DNA of 63,319 bases, counting the filler, from Octopus bimaculoides (Eukaryota): the NCBI RefSeq assembly GCF_001194135.2. It is 7 parts of 7 records of this genome, joined end to end, with 100 filler letters (N's around TTAATTAATTAA, not from the genome) between each part and the next. Parts side by side here need not be neighbours in the genome. Positions count along the whole stretch, not along the records: positions 50,836 to 52,514 come from NC_068982.1; positions 52,615 to 61,024 come from NC_068985.1; positions 61,125 to 63,319 come from NC_068998.1; 4 more parts are not named here. One strand, given 5' to 3'. The notes under the pieces were generated by a model, which worked only from the letters and a program-made list of their open reading frames with translations, made no database searches and was not told the DNA's origin. The position numbers and the translations under genes were made by a program. Shown piece after piece: positions 50,867 through 62,099 of the stretch. Every line of letters begins with the position of its first letter. The first letter of the stretch is position 1.

Positions 50867-51197
50867 AAACAGTAGTTTGCAATGTTTCACTAAAAAAGAG
50901 AATTACAAATGTCACTAAATATGACTAGAGTGTTAGAAACACCTACATTGCCGGAAAAAAGAGCTAAACATATACACTAACAGAGGCTAAAATGGTCCGA
51001 AAGTGCCGATCGAGAATTCTTAATATTTACGCGTCAGTTTCGGCAAGTTCCGTTGCCTCATCAGTTAAGACCGTTCGATTGTTCGGCTCTTTTCGGAGTC
51101 GCTTTGCCATTAGTATTTATGTTTTCGCTATCCAAATAATTGGACGATTTAACGATTTGCTAATGTGTATATATAAAATTAATATAAACAGCAGTTT
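50853..51197 (-). mobile_element. ~319-bp terminally redundant unit carrying a hammerhead ribozyme (retrozyme-like)
   Basis: Direct repeat TATAAAATTAATATAAACAG(T/C)AGTTT at 50853-50878 and 51172-51197 (25/26 identical) brackets the hammerhead; a related partial copy lies at ~50125-50210. Confidence 0.55.
51009..51079 (-). ncRNA. type I hammerhead ribozyme motif
   Basis: Minus strand: stem I UCUUAA (51070-65), CUGAUGA (51064-58), stem II GGCAA-cggaac-UUGCC, GAAA (51041-38), imperfect stem III around the palindrome ACGCGU, AUA triplet, UUAAGA (51023-18); distal AUCGA/UCGAU pairing. Confidence 0.7.
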
Positions 51198-53192
51198 TCA
51201 GTATATATATATATATATAACAAATATAGATAGAGACAGAGGGAATTAGTTGTTCCATGGAGGCAATGGAAGCACACTGTAGACAATTCCCATTAGAATG
51301 AAACTGTACTGTCCAGGGTTTTAGGTTTTCTCCGCTCGAGAGGCAATTATCTACCCAGTAAGTATATATAAATGTGCTTTTACGCAGCTAAAAGTAGTTT
51401 AACTCTTGATTCTATCAATATATGTCCTTGTAGCACATACAGTCACAATTAGTGACGACTAAATTTTGCCTACACGATTTATATTGCGCCAAGATGACCA
51501 CACAAATTTGATGCTATATATGTGTGTGTATGTGTTTGTGCATGTGTGCGTGCGCATGCGATTGGCGTAATAGTTAGGTTGCTGGGCTCAGGATTATATC
51601 TTAGTGTGTTCGATTCTTTTACTGGGCAGTGCGTTTTTTTTTAATCAATAGCATTATATTTCATGTTGTTCCATTCCTCCCAACTGAAATAAACACCAAC
51701 CTTATCCCATACATTTCTCTCTTCTTCTGGCAGTCACATCCTAGATGTTTCGTTAGATATATATAGGCGAATGGATATACATGTAATTGTAATGGATATA
51801 CTTATTTTATTAATACACAAGTGAACATGACTATTCATGCATGTGTATGGTCATAGCCCTCCATGCATACAAATGCATATATTCATTCCTGGAAATTCAA
51901 ATAGAGAATTTTTGCCATGTCTTACAAAATTTCACTCTACCAGGAAATTCGGGATGCAAGTCAGTTTACTTTGTTCTTTCTTGAACAACCCCACCCATAT
52001 ATTGAGGCTTCTGTGCATATTTATTGTCACAAAGCCCAGAGAACCTAAGATAATAAATATAAATGAATGTATATAGCCCGGATTCAAGAGCTGGATGGTT
52101 CTTATAACGTCCCCCTAGATGTTCTCTTTCTCCACAACTTTAGATGAGGCATTCACATCTGCTTGTCTGGTGGTGATTTCTTCAATAGTGCATGAATTCT
52201 GTATCTAGTTATTAAAAAATCAAGTCTGAAGTGTTTGCACCAGATTACTGGTTTTACTGTCATGTTCTGCCAGTATCTTATATTTTTAAAGATATGAAAC
52301 ACCTTATGGCTCGCGTGTAGCTCTAAATAATCCTGCACGCGGATGGCATTGTAAATGTAGTTAAAGCCTTACGTTTAATAAACATATTTCTTACTATGTT
52401 CCCTCATCAGGCGGAAGAAACTAATCGAATATTGTTCGATTTCTTCCTTTGTTGTTAAGAGTCTTAAGATGCTATTTTCATATTGCGTCTATCTGCCTAT
52501 ATATATATATATATNNNNNNNNNNNNNNNNNNNNNNNNNNNNNNNNNNNNNNNNNNNNTTAATTAATTAANNNNNNNNNNNNNNNNNNNNNNNNNNNNNN
52601 NNNNNNNNNNNNNNTGAACCAACGAAGAGATCTATGTGGTCAATAGAAATATTACGAAAAGCAGTCCAATATTCCATAAACCATATTCCATCATTCTTAC
52701 CCAATTCATGCCAGTATGGGAAGTGGACATTAAAATGATGATGTTGATGACGACGACAGCGATGACCTCAACGATGATGATGACGACGACGACGACAGCG
52801 TTGATGACGATAACAAAGATGATGATTACAAAGAAAGAATCCATCAAGCCAATAAGAGAGAATCGTTTTGGTTACTAGACTTGCCAAAAAGAGCAGTCAA
52901 ATATATTTTGAAATCATACTCAACCATCTTAAATAGGTACAGATGTACCGAGACATTGCGGGTCTATCTTAGTGTCACATTGACCTTCTAGATATAGCAC
53001 CCTAATCTACTACCTATGAAAGCTGCTCCCTTTCTTTTTCTTAGACAAGATGCGTCATATGGAAAAGTTTCAATATCTGAAAAACGTGTGTTGTCATGCC
53101 TGGAGAGTCTTTCATAATATGTATACAAAATCAATGTTGCTCTGAGGTAAAAAGCATCAACTGCAGGTAGAGCCATGATCAAGCAATTATAC

Positions 53193-53227
<35 letters not shown>

Positions 53228-53731
53228 TGTATGTATGTATGTATGTATAATTCAAAGAAAGTTAGAGGTTGTGAATCCAACCAACTAAAGGATAGTTTCT
53301 ATCCAATATACTGCTGGTAGAATACCTAATTAATACACAAGTGTTGGTTATTGCGTGGCAATTACCCCACTGGGTATAATAATTAGGTGAGGGTAATAAG
53401 TGGTTTTACCCTTAATTTGAATGCCAAGAAGAAAATGGAGGGAATCCATTATGTAGAAGAGTAGCTGTCCATAAGGAACAAATAAACCTCCCTCAATACC
53501 GCCAAATTCCACTCAGTGGCCACATAGACTCTTGCGCCAGAAACAAAAACCCTAAATTCATTATATTCCCTTTCTATCAATGTAAAGACAGAATCTCCAC
53601 ACAAGAAAGAATCAACAAGGAGAATCTTTTCATANNNNNNNNNNNNNNNNNNNNNNNNNNNNNNNNNNNNNNNNNNNNNNNNNNNNNNNNNNNNNNNNNN
53701 NNNNNNNNNNNNNNNNNNNNNNNNNNNNNNN

Positions 53732-53763
<32 letters not shown>

Positions 53764-54906
53764 TGTATGTATGTATGTATGTATGTATGTATGTATGTAT
53801 GTATGTATGTATGTATGTATGTATAATTGTATCTATGTACATATATATATTTATATATATATATATATATAATTGTATCTATGTACATATATATATTTAT
53901 ATATATATATATATAATTGTATCTATGTACATATATATATTTATATATATATACATATATAATTATATGTATGTACATATGTATGTATGTACATATATAT
54001 ATATATGTATGTACATATAAATATATATATATATGTATGTATGTATGTGTGTGTGTGTGTGAATGTACATATATATGTATGTATGTATGTATATATATAT
54101 ATGTGTGCATGTTTATGTATGGAAAACTTATATAAATATATATATTTATATACATCTATATACCTGTATATTTACATATGCACACACACACACATACATG
54201 AATGTATGTGTGTATTCATGAGAAATGATAAAATCAGTACATCAAAAAAAAGCATAAAAACTCCACAAATCTTTGCATCATTTTGTTTCATGCAATTATA
54301 TATCTTTGCACCTGATTTGACTTTACCATTCCATTCCTGACAAAATCAATAAAAACTTGGTACACCTTTTGATATAATCATTGAATGCCCTTGAATACCA
54401 TGCTGCAGTATGGCCAAAAATGACATGTAGGAATATACCAAGAAAATCTAGAATTTGATTAACAGAAACATTGAAATGTCAGGTGAAACAGAAAGGGGAA
54501 AAAACAACAGGATAGGTTTTTAATTTTCTATACATGATTGATTAACAATGATATGTAATTAAGGTTAGGTAATTAATTAATAATGATATATAAGTAATTA
54601 ATTAAAGAAGGTAGACATATTTATTTCGTAACTGAAGTAATTTTATTATTATATAGCAAGACAGCCCATGATACAACCCACAAGTGTCAGAGCCTCTATA
54701 TCGTCACCTGATATGCTAGAAATAGCAGTCAGGCCTTTCTCAAATGCCATATTGTAATTTTAAACAAACAAAGGCCCATTTGATAGTATAGTCTTAGGTA
54801 TAATTGGCGTAGTTCATGGCATGATCATGGCTGCAAAATCTTTTATCATAGAACTGCTTAAATAGAACAAAACTGGCAATAAGCAATAGAAATAATTCTT
54901 TCAACT

Positions 54907-55722
54907 ATAAGCACAAGGCCTGCAATTTTAGTGGTGGGAACTATTTGATTATATTTGTCCCAGTACTAGACTGCTACTTATTTTATTGACCTCAAAAGGA
55001 TGACAGGCAAAGTTAACTTTGACGGAGTTTGACCTCAAGGGGCTAAACATAGAGGGGACAAACAAAGACAGACAAAGGGATTAAGTCGATTACATCGACC
55101 CCAGTGCTTAACTGGTACGTAATTTATCAGCCTCGAAAGGATGAAAGACAAAGTCAACCCCGGAGAAATTTGAACTCAGAACGTAACGGCAGACGAAATA
55201 CCGATAGGCATTTCGCCTGGTGTGCTAACGTTTCTGCCAGCTCATCACCATAATTTGAAACCAATATTATTCTGCTTCTTAAGGCAGCAAGCTAACAGAA
55301 TCATTCACATGCTGTGCAAAATGTTTAGCAGTATTATGTCTATCTTTGCATTCTTAGATCAAATTTTGCTGAGCTCTACTTTGACTTTCGTTATTTCAGA
55401 GTCAATAACATGAGTCCTAGTTGAGCACCTGAGTCAGTGTAATCTACTTTCTCCCAGAAACTCAAATTACTAGCCTTGTGCCAAAATTCAGAACCCATAT
55501 TACAATAGCTAAAGGCGGCAAGATGGCAGAATCGTTAGCATTCCAGGCAAAATACTTTGTGGCATTTCATCTGTCTTTATGTTCTGAGTTCAAATTCCAT
55601 TGAGGTCAACTTTGCCTTTCATCCTTTCGGGGTCAATAAAATAAGTACCAGTTGAGTAATGGGGTCTATGTCATTGACTTCACTTGTCCCCCAAAACTGC
55701 TGGCATTGTGCCAAAATTTGAA
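54907..55722. mobile_element. cluster of four family A SINEs (two minus: 54907-55035, 55036-55249; two plus: 55281-55500, 55512-55722)
   Basis: Heads and cores seen in divergent orientation. Confidence 0.8.
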
Positions 55723-55755
55723 AGTGATGTTACTACAGCTATTAAGGTGTAGTGC

Positions 55756-55871
55756 GGTGGTTCTGTGGACCCCTGGTGGTCTGCCGAGGTAGTACTGAAT
55801 TTAGTCCATGAAACTAAATTCAAAATTTCATATATAACTATATCTATGTCTATCCATCTATCTATGTATCT

Positions 55872-55916
<45 letters not shown>

Positions 55917-56013
55917 CACATAGGGATAAGCATATCAAAAAGTGTCCATGGGAAAACTTATTTACTAAGAAGGTTGGGAACCACTCATTTACATAAAAGG
56001 GTTGGGAACCCCT
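55756..56013 (+). mobile_element. hAT-like MITE remnant with a duplicated right terminus
   Basis: GTGGACCCCTGG subterminal motif; AGGTTGGGAACCACT (55971-85) and GGGTTGGGAACCCCT (55999-56013). Confidence 0.5.
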
Positions 56014-57537
56014 ACCCATCTCTGTTGGCTCTAATATACCAGACTATCAAAGAAAAAAGAAAAGTGATTTCTACTTCTGGTTCACATTTGAATCATCCAA
56101 GCCAAAGAGGATTCCTATGTGGTTACTTGATCTACTAGAAACAGCAGTCAAATCACATTCATATCACACCCTACCTTTTTAGAAAAGGTCATGTTGGATA
56201 GTGATATCCTAGGTTTCCAGCATAGGGAAAAAAAGTTGTCTGGATGATCATATTTGGAATGCTTTGAAATACTTTTAATCATAGGTCTATTTGACTACAA
56301 CTGACCTGGAGTGAGGCAACATGAATTGTTTTTGATTCCACATAGGTTAGAATATGACTGAAACCACTATCCTAAAGCATAATGCATCTGGAACCATTTT
56401 ATACAAGAATTCCTTCCTGTTAGAGGGAAAGCTATAATCAGAAAGTGCTTCACTTGCTATTTCTAGAAGGCCAAAGAAGCCACATAGAAGCACCTTCATT
56501 GGCTCATCACTGTTGAATTGTTAGTGATAGATAGGATGAGAATCCTGTCATAAAATAAATTGCTCCATAAAAAAAAAATAGTAATAATAATAAAGAAAAG
56601 GTAAATATAAAGACAGAAAAGCCATCATTCTACTCACCTATTCGACATTCAATGAGGATAAAATAGCTGTAAGACAGTAATAGAATTTTTTTTTTCCCAG
56701 CTGCATCATTATAGAATTGAATTGCTGGAGGCTTACTACAATTTAGCATTACTTGGTCTGTCCATACTAACAGTTTCTTAATCCTGTGTGCCAGCTTAAA
56801 GTAATAGAGAAAAACAGGAATGGTAAATTGTGATAACAGTTATTTTCCTGAGAATATTATATGAAATAAGCAAACTAGTTGCCACTGGCAGCCTAGACAA
56901 AGAAGCAGACTCAAAATCAAATTAATTCAAATCAAATTTTCCCAAGATCTTCCAGCAATGATTCCTTTCATAAGTATAAAATCTATTGTTAGCAAAGAAG
57001 AAAGAGAGCATAATCCATTTCGTGACCAAACTTATATTAAATAAAAATGGTTGAGATTGCCGAGAGGATAAGGTACAGCACTACAAGATGAGGGGATTTG
57101 GGGTACAAATTCACTGCAGATGTTTCTTTATTGTGTAAAATGGTTGTATTAACTTTGCTGACAAAGGACTTATAATGTAGTAGCTTGAAATAGCAGCTAA
57201 ATCTCTCACAAATCACAACTTAGTATTTTTTGGTTTTAAAAACAAATGAAGAATATCTTAGGTAATATAAAGAGATGTGATGCCATGACCATCTTGTCAA
57301 AAAGATTAATGACAAGGTGGTCATGGCTAGAATGCCTTTCATGCTAGAACTGCTTGATCAGAGCTGATCAGAGACCAAACAGTAAAAGATAGCTGGTTGG
57401 CAAGGTAGGGCTCTGGATGATTTGAACCTCAGGCAAACTACAGAAAACACAGTTCTATATTTAAGAAATGAGGAATTATGTACATTATTTGCATTATTTA
57501 CATTTGACAGATATTTGTCCTCATCTTGTTTGTTGTT

Positions 57538-57583
57538 AACACAATGTTTCGTCTGATATACCCTCCAGCCTTCATCAGGTGGC
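57538..57583 (-). ncRNA. minimal type I hammerhead motif (degenerate copy)
   Basis: GCCAC-CUGAUGA-A-GGCUG..CAGAC-GAAA-CAUU-GUGUU: core intact, one mismatch each in stems I and II, stem III palindrome broken (G>A). Confidence 0.5.
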
Positions 57584-57644
57584 ATGGGGAAATTTCGAAC
57601 CTGGGTTGTCATTCCTAAGGTATATTTTTTCAATGTTGTTGTTG

Positions 57645-57678
<34 letters not shown>

Positions 57679-57878
57679 TGTTCAAGTCACTGCCTGGAAT
57701 CGAACTTGGAATCTTGGGGTTAGTAGCCCGCAGTCTTAACCACTATGTAATGGTTAAGAGCATGGGCTACTAACTCCAAGATTCCGAGTTCGATTCCAGC
57801 TGGTGACTTGAATAATAATAACATTGGAAAGAAAAAAATACCTTAGGAATGAGTACCTAGGTTCGAAATTTCCCCCAA

Positions 57879-57924
57879 GACACCTGATGAAGGCTGGAGG
57901 GTATATCAACCCAAACGTTGTGTT
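57879..57924 (+). ncRNA. minimal type I hammerhead motif (degenerate copy)
   Basis: GACAC-CUGAUGA-A-GGCUG..CAACC-CAAA-CGUU-GUGUU: stem I and the AACGUU palindrome intact, G12 mutated to C. Confidence 0.5.
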
Positions 57925-57957
57925 AACAACAAACAAGATGAGGACAAATATGAGCTT

Positions 57958-58320
57958 TATGAGGTAATATCAAAAAGTTCCCAGTACTGTAATACACAAA
58001 GAGATGGCAGCACATGGTTGTGTGCACAGTGAGAGCTAATGTATTGAGTGACATCCCTGTGTTTATCTCGGAAGTTGTGAAATTTGTTTTTTTGTGATCA
58101 CGTGTAGGCTGTAGTCTGTGACAATTGTCATGGACATGAACAAAGAACCAACGTGAAATTTTGCATCAGACTTGGGAAGTCTGCTACAACGATATCAAGC
58201 ATGCTTCAGCAAGCTTACGGTACTGAGGCAATGGGTCGTACATAATGTTTGGAATGGCACGGACACTTCAAAAGCAGAAGAATGTCCCTGGAAGACCTTC
58301 CGTGAGCATCACTCCCGGAG
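57958..58320 (+). pseudogene. mariner transposon 5' end with the transposase N-terminus
   Basis: TA+TGAGGTAATATCAAAAAGTTCCC terminus. From 58138: EQRTNVKFCIRLGKSATTISSMLQQAYGTEAMGRT*CLEWHGHFKSRRMSLED, the mariner paired-HTH pattern; in-frame stop. Confidence 0.9.
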
Positions 58321-59067
58321 ATGTGGTATTGTGCATCAGTCACAGTCACAGTCAGCTTTATGAAGTAATATCAAAACTTCCCAAGGGACATGCTCGCAAA
58401 TCTGTGGTATTGAACAGAATATTTGTTGTAGCCCATCTTTTATACCATGATAAAACAGGCATATGATAACACTTCCAATCAGTCAAGATCAGAAGCCATG
58501 AGAGCCAGTGCCTGGTACTGCATCAGGGCATTTATTATTATTATTATTATTATCATTGTTATCATTATTATTATTATGATGATCATCATTATTTAAATGG
58601 TTTGATTCAGTTCCATGCCAGGTTTAAATAACTGAATGAGAAAGATTTAGCTGCTATTTCAAGCTACCATATAGTGAGCCCTTTTTTCAGCTAAGTTAAA
58701 ACAACCATTTGATAATTCAAGCATGAATAAGATGGATTTCTGTCAGAAGCCTGTGAAACTATATGTCGCAAGGGCCAAATCCAACTGTTTTAACCCTTCA
58801 TGAGTCACCTGACCTTTCTAAACATGGTTAGTCACATGGAGTGCTTACACACCCCAATGCAAAAAAAGCTTAGAATCATGTAAAATATACTCCTTCTGTT
58901 TGTTCAGAATGTAAAATATACTCATTAATTGAGAATTCTACTGCAAAGATATTTAGTGAGAGGAGCCAGATCTGTGGGGCGCAAGGAATTGGATACTCCA
59001 CAACAGCAATGTACCCTGTCAATGAGCCCTCCTTGCTCATAGGTTTCTCACCAAAAACAGCATGAGT

Positions 59068-59475
59068 TGTGGAAGATGGAGAGCCAAGAGCACATGGGAC
59101 AAAGTTTAGAAGGCCAATCTGAAAATGTTGAACCTTACAATGGGGGATGGCAGAGGACTGAGATATGTGACACATTGCTGTACTTGAGAGGACCCATCCA
59201 TTACAACGGATTTGAGATCCTAAAACTAAGGTGTCATGTAAAGAGCAATGGTGTTGGTGCCACTTAAAAAGCACCTGTGATTGTGATACACAAAAAGCCA
59301 CCCAGTATTCTCTGTGGAGTGATTAGCATTAGGAAGGGCATCCAGCTGTAGAAACCAAGCCAAAACAGACAATGGAACCTGGGGTGACCCCTGGCTGTAC
59401 CAGATTCTGTCAAGGTGTCCAACCCATGCCAGCATAGAAAACAGAGGCTAAATGATGATGATGATGATGATGATA
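59068..59475 (+). mobile_element. RTE ORF C-terminal remnant (59068-59200) followed by an RTE-related element with a (GAT)n tail (59255-59475)
   Basis: ..STWDKV*KANLKMLNLT.. matches the C-terminus at ~60600-60655; TTAGGAAGGGCATCCAGCTGTAGAAAC and CCAACCCATGCCAGCAT..AAATGATGATG. Confidence 0.65.
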
Positions 59476-59559
59476 CATATAAATACAAGCATACATATAC
59501 ACACACACACACATATATATGTATGTATGCATGTGTGTATCTGTGCATCTGCCTCTCTT

Positions 59560-59756
59560 TGTTATGTGTCTGTCCTCTACTAGCACTTGACAACAAGCTT
59601 TGGTGAGTTTGCATTCCTAAAAACTGATAAAAGAAGTTCCTGGCTTAAGGGGAAAAAAATAAGTATTTGGGTTGATTCATTAGACTAAAATTTCTTCAAA
59701 GCATTGCTCCAGCATGGCTGCAGTTTGATGACTGAAACAAGTAAAAGATAAAAGAT
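59560..59756 (+). mobile_element. SINE family B, 3' half
   Basis: CTTGACAAC... and CTCCAGCATGGCTGCAGTTTGATGACTGAAACAAGTAAAAGAT. Confidence 0.7.
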
Positions 59757-60313
59757 GTAGATATATATTTGTGTGTGTGTGTGTGTGCGAGCATGTATGT
59801 GTATGTGTGTGCATGCATCTATGTATGTGTGTGTGCGCGAGAATGCATGTGAATCTGTGTGTGTGTGTGTGTGCGATAATACATGTGTATGTGTGTCTGT
59901 GTGCATGCATATATGTATGTACGTGTGTATGCGTGCGAGTGTGCATGTGTATGTGTGTATGCATGCATGTATGCATGTGTGTGTGTGTGTGAGCATGCAT
60001 GTGTATGTGTGTGTGCATGCATTATGAATGTGTGCATGCATGAACGTATGTGTGTGTATGTGAGTGTGCATGTGTGTGTGTGTGTAATGTTAAGGACTTG
60101 GAAATTTATGGTTTGGAACCCAGGTGTTCATGTAGCATACAAGTGTTGGCAACTTACCTGAAAGATGAAGAACTCTAATAAGTGGTTTGTTGTTCATTGA
60201 ATTTGTGATGTATGTTTGCATCACTTAAAACAAAAATCATCTGTGTGCTTTGTTTGAAAGCTATAGGCTGTTGGATCTTCACACATCAAAACCAACTGCA
60301 GAATCCACTTGAG

Positions 60314-60660
60314 ATGCAGTATGGTTTTGTTCCAGCGAGAAGTACCACACATGCCATCTTCTCTGTTAGACAAGTGCAGGGAAAACATTTAGCTAAGAGT
60401 AAACCATTGTACTTGACATTTGTTGACCTAGGGAAAGCCTTTAACAGAGGTATTGAGGGAAAAATTAGGCATAAGAAGACTCTGATGGGGTATGCAAAAG
60501 AGACGACTGTGCTGGTTTGGATATGAGATGCATATGTATGCGGAAAGCCACACAAAGAAAGGCTAGTTGATGAAGGTGGATGGAACTCGTAGAAGAGTGA
60601 GGCCTAGGAAGATATGGGATGAAGTAGTGAAGGCTGATCTCAAGATGTTGAACCCCAGAA
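60314..60660 (+). pseudogene. internally deleted RTE-clade LINE (start of the RT domain fused to the C-terminus)
   Basis: MQYGFVPARSTTHAIFSVRQVQGKHLAKSKPLYLTFVDLGKAFNR (RT motifs Q.GF..RST..AIF / FVD..KAF), then from 60501 RRLCWFG...G*LMKVDGTRRRVRPRKIWDEVVKADLKMLN. Confidence 0.9.
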
Positions 60661-62099
60661 GACAGTGACTAAAGGTCTGAGTGTTTCAGGCATTGGGACA
60701 GACCTTGAATATGCAGTAATCCCTTGCCATATTGTGGTTCATCTATTGCATTTTATCATTTAAGCCTACGCCGATTCCTCCATGGTGTTGTTTTGCATTT
60801 ATAATAAAATAAATATATACAAATTATAAGGATGATAAAAAATTTACAGTACGGTGGTTTCTACTCTGTGGATTTTCACCTATCGTGGGTTGTTTTGGAA
60901 TGTAACACCAGTGATAGTCAACGGATTACTGTATACTCATATTTTGAGTTCTATTTGAGATGCTGGGGGGACAAACAGACATACAAACATACATGTATAT
61001 GTATATATATATATATATATATATNNNNNNNNNNNNNNNNNNNNNNNNNNNNNNNNNNNNNNNNNNNNTTAATTAATTAANNNNNNNNNNNNNNNNNNNN
61101 NNNNNNNNNNNNNNNNNNNNNNNNTATATATATATAAATTTAGATTCAGGTGAATATGGTACTTAAGTTTAGGCACCAGAATTAAGTATGGTATTATCAA
61201 TACAGTTTTAAAATAAGGTCATTAAAGTCAAAATAAGCAACAAGGATATCCAAAGTTAATGCAGCACGATCGTTTCATGCGGCTCCATTTAATTAAGCAA
61301 TGTGAACATTACATCAAAATGTAAAATGCAGAGAAATTTACTGAAATTACATTTCAACCGAAGGACATATTTTTATAACTACATTTAAACTCTCCAAGTA
61401 GAAAGGAAGAATACAAAAAAACATTTTGACTTAGTCAGACCATCCAGGCTAGTGAATAATTCTAAGCAGATTTTTAACTGTCACTGATTTTATTTGTGTT
61501 TTTTTTTTGTTTGTTTTTTTTTTCTGATTTATGGACCATCTTATCAGACCTAGTGATTCAAAGCTTAAGAGGGCACTGGCATTTTCTTTGCAGGGAAAGG
61601 GAAAGGGGTAAACAGTATAGACAGTAAACACGGATGATATAGTTATAAAATTTCTTAAGGTTTAGTGATAAACTACTATAGGATGGGGGTTCTCTACTAG
61701 CAGACCAGTTTATGATGGAGTAGGGGAAGTATTATCATAAGGCACCTAGGTCAAAAGTATATAAAATAAAGTTGCAATATTGTGTATTATATAATATTTT
61801 TTACCTGTTATTTCGGTTAAATCATTTTATATATTTTCACTGAATTATTCTCCTTAAATTTACGAAATATATATTCCGCTATGAGCATAAAGCCTACATA
61901 TAACGTTGTGTAAATGTATATACACGTACATTGTGGCAGTCAACTCTCAACTTGCAGATGATTAAGACCATCATTGACAAATTATCTTATCCTTGATATT
62001 AATGACAATGGCTGTCAGCAATGACCATGCTGAAATTTAAAGCCAATAACAGTTTGCATAAAAACGGTATCTCACCTATAAAGTAATGTAGTCCTGAAA

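Larger units (their letters stand above)
54700..57385 (+). mobile_element. three copies of dispersed repeat family H (54700-54895, 56115-56330, 57175-57385)
   Basis: Shared CTAGAAATAGCAG(C/T)..AAATC..CAAATCAC start and GGTCA..GCTGGAATGCCTTT.ATCATAG..CTG end; fragments also at ~9615 and ~58650 (minus). Confidence 0.6.
57450..57950. mobile_element. head-to-head inverted pair of tRNA-headed, hammerhead-tailed elements
   Basis: 57512-57745 and 57748-57950 are reverse complements. Each reads A-box TA.TGGTTAAG, CTACTAA loop, B-box GTTCGATTCC, (AAT)n, then CTGATGAAGGCTGGAGGGTATATCA..C(G/C)AAAC. Confidence 0.85.

Noticed and set aside
52380-52412. Minus-strand CTGATGAG...GAAA
   Set aside because: Stem II cannot close (GGG has no CCC partner) and there is no stem I. 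At best it is a heavily decayed motif.
57681-57815. tRNA genes (also the A/B-box heads of families A-F)
   Set aside because: They lack a complete acceptor stem and cloverleaf and continue into shared repeat bodies, so they are SINE heads rather than tRNA genes.
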